Source: the human T2T-CHM13v2.0 reference genome, Homo sapiens
Strand: one strand, 5' to 3'
Length of the DNA: 64,000 nt
Assembly (NCBI RefSeq): GCF_009914755.1
Contig: NC_060928.1
In this document: in pieces, positions 13,064-28,050 of the stretch
Position numbering within the stretch: the stretch's first letter is position 1
How the letters are laid out: the number at the start of each line of letters is the position of its first letter
Notes under the pieces: generated by a model
Seen by the model: the letters and a program-made list of their open reading frames with translations, nothing else
Database searches by the model: none
What the model was told of the DNA's origin: nothing
Position numbers and translations under genes: made by a program

Positions 13064-15557
13064 TGATATAGTTTGGATATTTATCTCCATCCATATCTCA
13101 TGTTGAAATGTAATCCCCGATGCTGGAGGTGAGGCCTGGTGGGGGGTATCTGGATCATGGGGGCAGATCCTTCATGAATGGCTTGAGCCATACCCTTGGT
13201 GATAAGTGAGCTTTTGGTCTGAGTTCACATGAGATCTGGCCATTTTAAAGTGTGTGGCTCCTCCTCACCAACTCGTGCTTGCTCCTGTTTTTGTCATGTG
13301 AAGTGTCTGCTCCTGCTTTGCCTTTTGTTGTTAGTAAAATCTTCCTGAGGCCTCCCCAGAGGCAGATGCCAGCACTATGCTTCCTGTACAGCCTGTAGAA
13401 TCACGAGCCACTTAAATGTCTTTTCTTATAAATTACCCAGTCTCAGATATTTCCTTATAGCAACACGAGAATGCCTAATAAAGAAAGTTGGTACTAGGTG
13501 CTGGGTATTGTTATAAATATACCTGAAAATGTGGAAACAACTTTGAAACTGGGTAACAGGCAGAGGTTGGAAGAATTTGGAGGGCTCAGAGGAAGACAGG
13601 AAGATGAGAGAAAGTTTGAAATTTCGTAGAGACTGGTTGAATGGTTGTGACCAAAATGCTGATAGTGATACGAATAGTGAAGTCGAGGCTGCCAAGGTCT
13701 CATATGAGTATGCAGAACTTATAAGGAGCTGGAGCAAAGCTCACACGTCATTCCTTATCAAAGAGCTTGGCTGTATTCTGCCCATGCCCTAGGCATCTGT
13801 GGGAGTTTAAACTGAAGAGTGACAGTCTAATGTATCTGGTAGAGGAACTATCTAACTAGCAAAGTATTCAAGATGGGGTCTGGCTGCTTCTAACAACCTA
13901 TGCTCAGTTGCAGGAGCAAAGAAATAACAAAGCTGGAATTTATATTTAAACAGGAAGTAGAGCATAAAAGTTGGGAAAATCTGCATCCTGGTTATATGAC
14001 AGAAAAAGAAAAAGCTTTTTCAGGAGATGAATACAAGCAGGCTGTGGAACAAGCACTTGCTAGAGTTATTTCTATAACTAAAAGGGAACCAAGTGCTAAC
14101 ATTTAAGACACTGGGGAAAATACCTCAAAGGCACTTTAGAGATCTAAGAGGCAATCCTTCCTATCACAGGCTCTGAGACCTAGGAGGACAGAATGGTTTT
14201 GTAAGCCAGGCCCATGGCCTCACTGCCCTGCAGTCTTGAGACACTGCTCCCTGCAACCCCGCCATTCCAGCTCCAGCCATGGCTCAAAGGGCCCCAGGTG
14301 CAGCACAGGCTGCCACTCCAGAAAGCACAAGCCATAAGCTTTGGCAGCTTCCAAATTGTGTTAAGCCTACAGGCAAATAGAATGCAAGAGTGAAGGCTTG
14401 GCAACCTCCATCTAGATTTCAGAGGATCTATGAGAAAGCCTGGGTACCCAGGCAGAAGCCTGTGACAGGAGTGGCCCTCACAGAGAACCTCTTCTAGGTC
14501 ATTGTGGAGGGAAAGTAAGGGGTTGGAGGCCCCACACAAAATGCCCACTGGGGAACTGCCTAGTGGAGCTGTGAGAAGGGGGCCACCATCCTACAGACCC
14601 AAGAATGGTAGATCACTAGCAACTTGAACCCTAGGCCTGGAAAACCTGCAGGCATTCAACAATCTCAGAGCAGATATAGGAGCTTTACCCTGTAAAGACA
14701 CAGGGAGCAGAGCTGTCCAAGGCATTGGGACTCTACCCCTCACACCAGTGTGTCCTGGATGTGGAACATGTAGTTAAAATAGATTGCTTTGGAACTTTAA
14801 GATTTAATGACTGCCCTACTGGGTTTCAAACTTGCATGGGGCCTGTAGTTCCTTTCTTTTGGATGATTTCTCCCTTTTGGAATGGGAATGTTTACCCAAT
14901 GTATATACCCCCATCGTATATTAGAAGTAACTAACTTTTATTTATTTATTTATTTATTTTACAGGCTCATAGGTGTGAGTGAGGGACTTGCCTTGTCTCT
15001 GATAAGACCTTGAACTTTACACTTTTGAGTTAATATTGGAATAAGTTAAGATTTTGGAGGATTATTGGGAAGACATGATTGTATTTTTCAATGTGAGAAG
15101 AACATGAAATCTGGTGGGACCAGGAATGTAATTGTATAGTTTGGATATTTGTCCCCACCCCAATATCATGTTAAAATGTAATCCCCATTGTTGGAGGTAG
15201 GGCCTGGTGAGAGGTGTTTAGATTATGGGATGAATCCCTCATAAATAGCTTGAGACATCCCCTTTGTGATAAGCAAGCTCTCACTCTGAATTCACATGAG
15301 ATCTGGTCGTTTAAAAGTGTGTGGCATCTCCTCCCCACTCTCTCTCTCTCTCTTGCTCCTGTTTTTGCTGTGTGAGGTGTCTGCTCCTGCTTTGCCTTCT
15401 CCCATGAGTAAAAGCTCCCTGAGGCCTCCCCAGAATGAGATGTTGGCACCGTGCTTCCTGTACAGCCTGCAGAACTGTGAGCCAATTAAACCACTTTTCT
15501 TATAAATTACCTGGTCTCAGATACTTCTTTATAGTAACACAAGAATGGCCTAATGCA
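13064..15557 (+). mobile_element. Complete MST-family MaLR element (LTR 13064-13482, internal, LTR ~15132-15557)
   Basis: Two direct ~420-bp LTRs starting tgatatagtttggatattt; MST/THE1-int sequence between (MEGSEEDRKMRESL remnant); 5-bp TSD aaatc/atatc. Confidence 0.92.
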
Positions 15558-17414
15558 ATATCCTTACTTCACATTTAGAAAAATAATTCAGCCTTTAGTC
15601 TATAAATAATTTGAGTGTCGGAGTTCTTTTCCTCTCATTTATGTATTTTCATACATAGAAATATTCTTATAAAAACAAGACTAATATTAGATTATGATGT
15701 GGGATGGAGAGTTTTTCAACTGAGATCTAATGTTCTACATTAGTTCCTTCATTTTGAGATGTCTTTGTAAATCCTCAGCCACCAACTTCACCTGCAGAAT
15801 TTCGTATCATTGATTGTTATGGTTAAGTAATAGTATAAGAAATTCTTTTCCCTGAAAACTACTGAACTCATGAAAAATAGTATGGAATGAGAAATACAAA
15901 TAAAGCTCAAGGTGGGGAAAGATTTTTAAATGAACATGAGCTTCTAGAGAGGTTGCAATCTGATACAAATTCTGTGAACCCCCAGAGGGAAAGAGCAATG
16001 TGGAATTACCATTAGGTTTCTGAGAATGTGGAAACTATTTTACATGCCAGGATATGTGAAGCAAAGCCGAGTTCCCAAATGTGAAACTGTCTGGCAGGCA
16101 GAGTTTTATTTTTAAAAATTTTACAACTCTTGGTTAAAACTTCAGCCATTACCTGACACTAGATGGATTTTTTTTTAATTCTATAGTAAAAGCATAGATT
16201 TGTATGCATTCAAAGTTTGATAGTATCCAGAAATTTAAAGAAAAACAAATGAATTGCTAGATAACTTAGGAAAACATGTTTGCTTTGGACACACAAACAA
16301 ACAATAAAAACCATTTGGGTTTAAATTTAAGTATATTGCAGTTTTCTTGCTGACTAAGGAATGGAATGGCATTCTGAGAATGGGAATGGGGTAGAAGAGG
16401 GGACAAATGCCTCAACAAAACAATAAAGTATCAGTGAACAACTGTGGCTGGAAATGTACCATCTCTTTGAATGAGTGTGCTAGTCTCCTTTTTTCTTTCC
16501 TAACAATCTGGTTTCTCCATTAAAAAAATGAAAGTACTTTCAAATGAACTGAAACATTACTCTCACGAAAACATAATCTTCAGATTTTTCCATCATCTAC
16601 CAAAAATGAATGTGGAACAGTGTTTTAAGATAATATCCTGCTCATATGATCAGTTAATTTTTATGTTTAAAAAATTATGTTAATTGCAATGATACTTTTG
16701 GTAATGTTTAAGTCATTCTTATTGTCCCATAGTTGTATTCAATTTTTATTCATCATTTCTATTTTCTCTACATTAATATTTTAAATTTTAAATATACTAG
16801 TTACTAGAAATATAATTAATATTTCTTAAAATAATTATCAGGTATGGAAACTAGATCTATGCTATTAAATAACAGAAGATTGCATTGAGAAGGAAGAAAA
16901 CAAGAGGCATATAATTTTAGATATGGCAGAGTTTTGATCTTGAATCTATCTTTATGTTTATGATTTTATTTTAATGTCTGTATTTGGTTTTTAGAATTCA
17001 AAGAATCACAGCTAATAAAACTGGCATAATCAAGCATTTATGCAATTAATAGCATCATACTCCCAGAAGTCACACATCACATCATCAAGAAACAGAAAGT
17101 TGCATTTTCCCCAAGTTATGGAAACTGTATGAAACAAACATAGAAAAATCTTCCCGTAGCTGCTGTATGTGGTTTCCAAGAGACTTGAAATTCTATTTCA
17201 CCTTTGGAATTTTACCTGGGTCCCTTTGTATTCATATCTTCAATTCTCTCAAATGTTGATAATACTTTTAATTTTTTTTTTGCATGACCTTTTTGGTGTA
17301 TTTTAGTGTTTTCTCTTCATGTCTTCATTTACTTTCAGCTCTGAAGGTTTTTAATTTATTTTTTATTAAATTATCATTTAGGAAGTTGCGCTTCATTTTA
17401 GAATCAGCCTCTGA

Positions 17415-17706
<292 letters not shown>

Positions 17707-19699
17707 TAATACTTCTTTATCAACTGGCATTTGAATATATTCCTGACCATGACCACCACCCTAGTAACCTTGCTATACCTACCAGTGTTCTCCAGGTCTT
17801 GCCTTTAGGCTTTCCTTATGCCATCCTTGTTCTGACATTCAGAAATGAGACTTTCAAGTTTCACTCCAATGATATCATTAGCTAATCTCTTATCTCCAGA
17901 TTAAATTTGCCATTAGATTTTCAAAAATACTTCCACAACATTCTTAAGAACTATCCATCACGAAAGATAATAACATTGCTTTTAAAATATTTTTCCTCTA
18001 TTGTTGACCAATATAACTCAATTTAGAGGCTGTATGTGAATGTTAATATTCATGATTTTGGCATATGGGAATTCTACTTAGAGTTTACACAAAATTAATC
18101 AGAAATTTTAAGAGCCTCAGCAAATAATATACTGTAATTGAGACTTATATTATAGGCCTTCCAAGCTTGTGAGTAAGCAGGCCATGTTAACCTTTATCTC
18201 CAAATTGTAATGTTCTAAATGTTCCACCGCAGAGTCTTGGGAAGCCTAGTACATTACAATAAGCTTTTCCCTAAATATTTTAAGAAGCCAGGATGCGATT
18301 CCATTGTCCACAGAGCTGGCCAGTTTATGGATCATGTTTGCTGGTCCTCCATCAGGATTACAGAGTTCAGGGCTGTCCAGCCCTCCAAGATGCTGCCTTC
18401 CAATAGCATTTCATGTCTTTAACTCTTTATGTCACCACTGCAGTTACTATTGCTGTTGGAATTCCATCTCATCACGCTTCTGAACTGAGAGGAAAGTGTC
18501 ATTATCTGTGATGGAAGATGGGAAAAGATCTCATTAAAAAGCACTTCAAGCTTCAGAAATTTATAGTGAGTGCTACAGGTTTTGCTCTCTCAGCTACGGT
18601 GAACTAAGATGATATTCATAGACTGGGCTTCAACAAACTCTCTCTCAGAGATAAAATCTGTCATAGAGATTTCATCATAATTAGCATCTATCTGGTCATC
18701 ATTATCAGAGATCTCACTGCCATTATTACTGCTACCAATTCAGATAAAATAGGAAATCCTCTAAAATTACAATTGAGGATATAACATATGCCAGGAGTTT
18801 GCAATAAGGAGCCCACTACAGTTTCTGTCTGTCCTTCATTGCTCCACAGTGCATTCAAAGGGTTGTTTGTTAATTTTTTTCCAGTGTTTACAATTATTGT
18901 TCATGGGAGGATAGGTCAATGGAAGATATGCTGTCATTTCTGAAAGAGGATATCATGTCGTGTTTTGAATTCTCCTTTCCATTACCCTGTCAGGCACAGT
19001 CAATGGTTGTGCCATTTTCTAGTTTATTGTGGAAAAATTTCTTTAGACTTAATACTTTTATACAGATAGGAGACTTGTTTCCAAAAAATTTTATATAAAG
19101 AAGCCTCAACCTTTTTTTTTACTTTAACAATTCATTGTTATTTCTATTCAATATGTTCTTAACATGTCATTAATTTTCAAAGCTAGTTGTATTCTTCTGC
19201 TATTAAGAACTGTCCAAATGTTTGTTTTTCTTACATAATTCTTGATACATAGAGCATAAAAAAGACATACAAACAAGGGTTTGAAATGACTACTTAGAAC
19301 TACAAACCTAGAGTGTTTTATATCATCTATTTCAAACTCCGTAAAATAATGTCTGTATTTCATATCATTTCCTTTTGGATATGAATGGTATAATAAATAA
19401 ATAGGTAAATACCAGCAGTGCGATCTTAATTTTTCCATTTTTCAGGTTTCTCTTTCAAATATTAAATATTTTAGACTATGTCTATTATTTCTTCCTGTTT
19501 AAAATTCTGTAAGTTTATCTTTTTGTTTCTCTCCTTTTTATTTGCTTCTCTCCTGTCAAATTTTCCAGCCGATTTTTAATGCCACACTTCCTTTTTGCTT
19601 GTCTTTTTGAACTAATTCCCTCTTTATAGCTTATAAAAAGAACATAATATATACTTAAGTCATTGGGTTTTGTAGGAATTTTTAAAATTCCATTGTCTG

Positions 19700-22340
19700 T
19701 CCATGGGTGTGTATCACACAGATCTCCCTTCAAGAAGGCCTACGATTTCAGGAAGACTCACAACCCCCTACCAGCACACCTTCAAATTCTCCATGGGGCT
19801 CAATCTGAGGCTTCATTTCCTAGAGGCTGCTGCAAGACAATGACTGCGTGTATCAGGGGGTACTACAGATGGAACATTTCAGCCCAATATGATACTCTTT
19901 TAATGACAGACCATTCCTAAGATCTCCCCATCAACTTTGTCAAAGCAGTTCTACAACACAAACTCTTTCGAGTTCATCCTCCTTTTTCCCTTCTCTTATT
20001 TCATAGGGGACATGTCTGCTTTATGTTTTAAAGTCTTTTTTCATCATTCATGAGTCCTCTCTCCTTAACCTTCACAGGCATTTACCACAATAATTCTTAT
20101 TTATGTCTAATCATATCTTGAGATCTTCTAAGATGACACGAGCAAAGTTGGTTTTGAGAGTGTTCAAGAAAATAAGTAAAAAAGATAGAGTTTAGAACTG
20201 GTTCACTTGCATCCTGGCTGGCAAGAAGAATGCAATCCTGAGTAAGCTGTGAGACACAAGTAGTTTTGTGCAAAAGTGGTGACCCAATTGCTAAATATTT
20301 CACTGGTAGTAACTTAGAGAAATGTCTATTGGAGGCAAACACCTTGCTGGTGTAATAATGTAGTCGTTTGTATAATGGGAGGAGGGGAATTGGGGAAATA
20401 CTATAGGGACAGTGAACTTGACTGTTCCTTAAGTCGTATTAATACCGAACAGAGGGAAAATGTTTAAGTGATAACAAAAACGTAGGTATCCACAGTATGG
20501 ACAGTAAAAATTAAGTTGCTTCATTTTGCATCCCCTGTCACAAAGACAGAAGCACAATGCCTGGAGAGTCTCTTAAGTTTCCAAAGGCAACACATATAGA
20601 AACAACTGGAAATACTTTTTTGGCCCATATACCAGGAGACTCAGAAGGCTATTGGGCTTGAATGGGGTTCAAAACAGGAAAGGCTCTGCAGCAGCTGCTG
20701 GCTACGGTACAAGCAGCCCTCAGCTTGTATCACAGCATGGCAAACTCTGGAGTTAGAGATTTCAGTGGTGACAACATACAAGTGTAGTATTTATAGCAAT
20801 ACACATGAGAGAATCACAATGTAGTCTCTTGAGACTTGGGTGCAAGGCCATGTCATCTGCACTAGAAAATTATATGCTTTTCAAGAAACACCTCCTAGAA
20901 TGGTATTGAACCCTGATAGAAAGAGGACACACTTGGGCAACAATTGAACATGATTCATAAATGCCCATCATGACCTATGACTCTCCCAGTTATAAATTCG
21001 ACGAGGCCAGTAGTAGTTCATTATAAGGTGAAAATGGGACACAAGTTATAGCTCCAAGTAGGATGAGAGGGCATGAGTAGGTAGATAAACAGGTAGTCAG
21101 AATCCCCGTGCTACCTGCCCTGACTATATCTGTACCTATCCCCTACCTTGTAGCTGACAACCTGAAGGAGGAGGAAAAAGCTGATATGGTTTGGCTCTGT
21201 GACCCCACCCAAATCTCCTCTCAAGTTATAATTCCCACATGTCAAAGGAGGGACCTGGTGGGAAGTGATTGGACCATAGGGAGGTTTCCCCCATGCTATT
21301 CTCATGACAGTGAGTGAGTTCTCACAAGATCTGATGGTTTAAAAGTGTGACACTTCCCCTTTGCTTGCTTGCTCTTCTCTCTCACCTGCCATCATGTAAG
21401 AGGTGCCTTGCTTCCCCTTCACCTTCTGCCACGATTGTAAGTTTCTCAAGGCCTCCCAGCCATACAGAACTTTGAGTCAATTAAACCTCTTTCCTTTATA
21501 AACTACCCAGTCTGGGGTAGTATCTTTATAGCAGTGTGAAAATGGACTAATACAAAAGCCCTTCTTGGTTTATTGATGGGTCATCTTGATGTGTGGAGAC
21601 AAGCAAAAATGGATGGTGATTACATTGCAACTATATTCAGGGAGGGAGTTGAAAGACTGAAGAGAAGGAAAAATTCTGAGAAGCAAATCTGTAAATGAGG
21701 CTCCCATCACATTTTTTGTGGAGGCAGAAGTAGCCTTAAATGAGACTATATCCAGATTCACATACAGTGCCAATGATCTCATCAGCTGGTCAGGGTCCTG
21801 GAAGTAAAAAATCCTCTAAGATCAGATATGAGAAAGCCTGACACAGACACAAGAGTCAGTAGATATATGAGAGTTAGCACAAAAGTGAAAAGATATTTGA
21901 ATCACACATTAACATCTACCAGAATGCAACCCTCATGGAAAAGGTACTGAAAAAGCAAAGAAGAAAAATTCCTTATCCAGTAGATATTAACCAAATTTTG
22001 CCAATGTCCAACCATGGAACTGACCCAGTGGGCGCTTGAATGGAGTAGACATGTGGCAGAGGGTACACATAACCCAACCACATGTTCTCCTATGTACCAA
22101 GGCTGATTTAGTCATGGCACCTCTGAATATTCTAACTGACAGAGACTAATGTAGAGCCCTCACATGGCATCATTTCTCAAGGAAATCAACTTACTGCTTG
22201 GTGCCAATTTGACTACATTAGACCCCTTCTGTCTTGGAAAGACCAGTAATCCATCCTCACTGGGTACAGGTTTTCTATTCTGCAGAGTACGGACCCTCAG
22301 CCAGTATCACTAACTGAGGGCTGATGGAACACTTGATCTA
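19700..22340 (+). mobile_element. Ancient ERVL relic: LTR16-like LTR (~19700-20145) followed by internal sequence with pol remnants
   Basis: LTR16-like 3' end (cttcacaggcatttaccacaataattctt); 20513-20600 reads KLLHFASPVTKTEAQCL like ERV-L RT (KLLHLAPPTTKKEAQRL); RNaseH/integrase-like remnants to ~22300; boundaries approximate. Confidence 0.65.
21182..21554 (+). mobile_element. THE1/MSTA-type solo LTR nested in the ERVL relic
   Basis: TGATATGGTTTGGCTCTGTG...AATGGACTAATACA; perfect 5-bp TSD AAAGC. Confidence 0.94.
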
Positions 22341-23884
22341 TGAGTGTGTAGAAAACCTTAGAACAGTGGCTTTCTGCTTGGGCTTCTTAGCTCTTTCTTG
22401 CCAGCTTCAAATTTCAGCAAATGCTAACAATAAAAGTAACAACAACAGCATACAGCTCACTTTTCTTGCCAGTCTTCTTTCCAGGACCTTGCACCTCAAA
22501 TCCTGGCTGCCCTGGCAGCCCTGAACTCAAATTTTTGTCTCCAGAAACTTGGTACTTACTGTTTGGCTAGCTTCTCTGCTCCTTGTCTGCAGCCCTTTGC
22601 ATTTTTTTTTCTTCTTACACGGAGGTAAGCATTGACAAATGCCCTAAGAAGAAAAATGGCTTCCAGAATGATAACTCTTTCTTTGTGGTTCCCTTCTCTC
22701 TCGAATCTTGGCCTCCTAGTCCTGGCTATCTCAGCAGCTTCCAGAATCTTTCATACTGAATTTGTCTGGTACTTTAACCATATGTTCTGTTTTCTTCAGT
22801 AGAGGGGCTGCAACATTATATTGCCACAAGATAAATCTTTCTAGCTGAAAGTAGGATATGTACTTTAAATAAAACCCTAAGGGCCAAATGTCAACAGTTA
22901 CCACTCTACAAATTATTCATTTAGAAATTACATTTGTAATTTTTATAGTATCCCAATATCTATGTCCAATTATTAGCAAATATTTCTTTGAATCAATTAC
23001 TTTTTACTTCCATGAATGGAAAATCAGTATCACTTGAAATAAATGCAAAGTAACAAGAGAATAAATGTGATAATTAACACTTTTAAGCCACAATAGGTGA
23101 CAGAAAATATGTTTGAAATTCTTAGTGAGTAAATATTGTATCATTATGATCTAACAATCCTCAAAAGTAGTGCTAATTAGGAAAAATTGGAGCACAAAGA
23201 GGTTAAGATACATATCTTGCTTACCTGAGGTCTCCAAGCTAGTTGAGCCAAGAATTAAAACATGATAGTCTGGCTTTCAAGAACAAAGACTTCACAGCTA
23301 TAATTCATTACAACAATAAAAATATTTCAATGGTATTAAGCTTCAGTTAAATTCTATTTCCTGCTGAGAGATAATGAAAAGTGTTAGGAAAATGTTAAAA
23401 TATACTAGCAACAAACTGATATTTTCTCCATAATGCATTAACGAGGACTAAAGGAAAATCAAAAAAGAAATAGTTGTGTGATTCAATGATACTTAGTGCT
23501 AAGCCTCTCTACCAGCAAACATCATCTTACACCTTGGGAAACACTGTTTAACCAATAACTTTTACTAACTAATATTACTTGATTTGTCTAAACAAATCAA
23601 GAGACTGCTATGCTGAGTACAAAAAAAAACAGTATTGTTAAAATTCTATCAGATTCCCTCTAATACAATTTCTATTATAAGATTTCAGATAAATTTATCA
23701 TCTACTAAACACTGTAGAATATTAACTTTCTCCTTTAAACATCTTCATGGTTATTTGATCAAAATGAACAAATTATCATCTTTGTGGTTTGCCAACACAG
23801 GGAAAATAAACAAAATTTTCAAGAATGTTGCTAAATGATGGTAGCAAAATGATGTAAAAAAAAAGAAGAAGAAAGAAAAAAATT

Positions 23885-24760
23885 TTGCACCACTCTATAC
23901 TTATTAAAATGATCAAAATCCAGAACACTGACAACACCAAATGCTGGTGAGGATGTGGAGCAACAGGAACTTCCATTCATTGCTGATGGGAAGGCAAAAA
24001 TGGCAAACTACTTTGGAAGACTGTTGGGTGAGTTCTTACAAAATTGAACATATTCTTACCATTGATCCAGCAATCAATCCCCTTGAAATTTATCCAAAGA
24101 TAATGACACACACAAACCTGCACGCATGTTTGTAGCAGCTTTAGTTATAATTTGCCAAAGCTTGGAAGCAACCAAGATGTCCTTTAGGTGAATAGATAAA
24201 CTGGGTACATCTAGACAATAGAATATCATGCAGCACTAAAAAGAAATGGATTATTAAGCCATGACAAGACATGGAGGAATCTTAAATGGATATTTCTAAG
24301 TGACCAGACTCAATCTGAAAAGACTACATAGTGTCTGCTTCCAACTATATGACATTTTGAAAAGGGCAAAATTTTAGAGTCATTAAAAAGATCAGTGATT
24401 TCTAGGGGTTGGAGGGGTGGGGGTGTAATAAATAGGTCAAACATGAAGAATTTTTAGGACAGTAAAACTAGTCTGCATAATGCTATTATGCTGGATACCT
24501 ATCATTTTACATTTGTCCTAACCCACAGAATATACAACACCAAAAGTGAGACCTAGTGTGAAATACGGACTCCGGATGATAATGATATGCCAATGTAGAT
24601 TCACCAATTGTAACAAATGTACCACTCTAATGGCAGATGTTGATAATGGGGAGGCTATGATTGTGTAAAGCGTGGGGGTAAGAGAAATGTGAGAAATCTC
24701 TGTGTCTTCCTCTCAATTTTGCTGTGAACCTAAAACTGCTAAGTGAAATCTATTAATAAA
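23885..24760 (+). mobile_element. L1MC/L1MB-type 3' fragment
   Basis: aaatgctggtgaggatgtggagcaacaggaac ... ttttgctgtgaacctaaaactgct, typical old L1 3' end. Confidence 0.85.
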
Positions 24761-25370
24761 ATATTGTTTTATATTACAGTTGAATTATCTAGGATGACTA
24801 CAGTAATTGAATTAAATAATTTATCAGATTTTCCCTTAATATGTTTTTTCAAAGCCCTCATCCTCTCCAAAATATACATTGGTGTAAGATCATATAGGAT
24901 GATTGCTACTAAATGCTGGTTAAGAACACCAATTAAATAATATCACTTTATGAAAAATATTAGCTGGCATATCATTAGCTTTTAATTCATTTTCAGTGAC
25001 TGCAGTGATTGGAAATCACCTGGCTTGAAATATATTTCCTTAGAATCTATTATTTTCTCAACTTCTGTTAACTATTCCAAATGAGGCTTTACTCAGATAT
25101 ATCAAATAACTATTATTCATGCCTGTTTCTCTTTCATGTAGAAGCACTATTCAGATGCATTCAGAAAGGTTTGAGAAAATTAAAATATCATTAATGTAAA
25201 TTTTGATAAAATTCTTCTTCAGTATCATATGCTGTATAGCCTTGGGGCTGATATTTTGGATCATTCAATCATTATAAAAAGAAAATGTCTGACATATAAC
25301 CAATACACAAAGCTAGACCTGCTGTCAAGGAAAACCATAGTAGCATTCTTCCTGTCAGAAAAAGCCTGAC

Positions 25371-25520
25371 TGCACACCTGTGGTCCCAACTTCTCAGGAA
25401 TCTGAGGTGGGAAGATTGCTTGAGTCCTGGAGGTCAAGGTTTTAGTGAGCCATGATTGCTCCACTGCACTCTAACCTGGGTGACAGAACGAGACCCTCTC
25501 TCAGAAAACAAACATGAAAT
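25371..25520 (+). mobile_element. Truncated AluJ/FRAM right monomer
   Basis: Right-arm sequence only; TSD aaaaagcctga on both sides. Confidence 0.82.
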
Positions 25521-27839
25521 CAAAAAGCCTGAATTCATTTCCAATTCAAGTAAATATATGTCAATTTGCATCCCACGAGGATAATTTCAATTCTGAATTC
25601 TAATTCTAAGATACATAAATAGTTAGATAATAGCTGGATAGATGATATATAGATGCTTGGATAGATACAGGGCTTTGTCGGGAGTTTTATGACTAATACT
25701 TTGCTGCTTTCTTCCTTAGAAACAGTGCATTATTTGACAGAATGATGAACAAATAAAGGTCATCAAATGAAAATTATTGCTGCGAAAGTCAGAGGGTAAT
25801 TATGAAAGGGACACGAGAAAAGAGACCCTGCATGACCGCCTCACCCATACAAAAGGATACATAATGACATTCAAAATCTAACAATTGTTATCCTTACAAT
25901 TATCTGTGCCCATTTACCATGTGAGAAGTCTTCCTGACCCTCCCCACCAAGGGTACTTATACCCCAATTTGATGATCATTGCTATAAAAATATTTTGTAT
26001 GATTTGTTTATACTTAAACTCTTTTGAGTGGTTTATATAATTAATTGTTTGGAAGAAAATATTAAATACCACATTGTATGATCAGATTTCTTTTTCACTT
26101 AAAGTTCAATTACCCCAAAGATGTCATTAAAATTTAGTACAACAGGGAAGACACTTAAAGTATTTACGTGAGCTCCCTCTTCCTCAGCACACAAAGGCCT
26201 TAATTTCCATTGTCTTCTTCAGTTTCAAATACGTCTTTGGTATAGGTTCTATGATATATCAAATATACTCAGATCTGTTTATGGATTAATAGAACAAGGT
26301 ATGATCTGCCATCACTCCAACTTTAATAAATGATTAATTTTATTCCATATAATAAGGCAGAGAAGAGGTAGGCATAATTTAAATGTGTTTTAAATATCAC
26401 TGCACATGGCCAGCAGTATATTTTTCAAATGCACAGCAAATAACTGTTTCATACTTCTTCTTTTAAAATTCCTTAGAGAAAATATTTCCCTTAGGGTATT
26501 TAAGATATAAAAGGTCTTTCCGAAGAAGCCATTCAGTTTGACTCACAATAGGAAAAACACATTTCAGATCAACGATCTACTTGAAATAGGATTTGTGAAT
26601 TGTTTCTGAAGTCTGAATAGATCTTTGGGAAAGGTTACACATAATGAGATTGAATGGTAATGAAAAAAAATGAGAGATAGGAAACTTATAAAAAGGCATA
26701 AGCAGCTGAGTCCTAGTTATTTGATGTTATAGCTAGGAGCACAATTTTTAACTATGGTCAAAACTTTCCTTGCAATAGAGAATAATAATAGCAATGTTTA
26801 CAAGCCCCTCCTAATGAAGTGGAACTTTAAAGAAATTCTTTCTAGCTCTTGTTTTAACAAGGAAATTTTATAGATATTTAAGAAGTAGAAGTTAAAATAA
26901 TTCCCCTAAACAGGTTTCAGGTGTATTGAACACTATTTCAATGTTGCTGACTAGTTTCAGTGTGGCTTTGAATAATTCATGTCCTAATCATTGTTTTTTT
27001 CAGACTTGGTAAAGAAGCCTGTCGTATTCCATTGCTGACTCACCTATTCCTTTTTCCTTACCACCTGACAAGTATGTTTCTAATTGAAATGCACAGTAAA
27101 GTTTGCCTGTCCAGAAAAATAAATGGAGAAAAATAGTTTATAGTTAATCTTATTTCAGTTTGACTGCTTAAAATCAAAATTAAATCCTCTTGAAGTTTGA
27201 ATAAAGAAAACAGAATACAATCCGATTTGTCAAGCACCATATATTGTAGACTTATTTATAGCAAGAAATAGGTTACTATTTTCTGAAATAAATGCTTTTT
27301 ATAATAGCCCAGTTTGTTTTATATCACAGATGGATGGGTGAAAGAGCAATGCATTCTATATAGAATACTAATAAAACCATATTGAGCATGCTAAAATATT
27401 AACAAAAACTCATATACCTCTTCATTATTTACAATGTAAACATTGAAAAGTTGGAAAAAAATTTGTAAAAACTCATCGCCATGTGGTACAGGCTTTGGCG
27501 TTTTCGATATTATTCATAGCTTAATGAACTGCTTCTAGTACTACACAGCTTTTTTCTGTTAACTGGATTCTCTATTACATACATAATCATCTTCACTCCC
27601 AAAACAGCGTCTTTCTTAACATGCCTATTACTCTTGGTGGCACCATCAGCCTCCCAGTCACTGGGTCTCAAATCTTGGTGTGATTTTTAACTGCTTTTTC
27701 ATTTTTTTTTTTTTTTTTGCCACTCACATAATAAGAAATCAGTGCTATATATTCCACTTCTATGATTTTCTTACAGATATCCCTTCTTTTCCATTTTCAC
27801 TGCTATCAGTCCAGTTTAGACTTTTATTAACTTTCACCT

Positions 27840-28050
27840 AGCAAATTATGGCCAAGTAAAATCAGGCCTGCCACCTGTCTTATAAATAATGTTTTATTGG
27901 TACACAGCCATGCTTGTCCATTTGCATATCATCTATGGTGCTTTTACTCTTCAACAATACAGTTGAGTAGTTGTAACAAAGACCATATGCCCACAAAGCC
28001 CAAAATGTTTACTATCTAGCCTCTCACAGAAAACATTTGTCATCCTCTGG
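27840..28050. mobile_element. MER58-type hAT DNA transposon remnant inside L2-like sequence
   Basis: gttttattggtacacagccatgc...gaccatatgcccacaaagcccaaaatgtttactatct. Confidence 0.75.

Noticed and set aside
17710-18760. Possible minus-strand ERVL/MaLR internal relic or host exon
   Set aside because: Too degenerate to assign by eye; no supported ORF or splice structure
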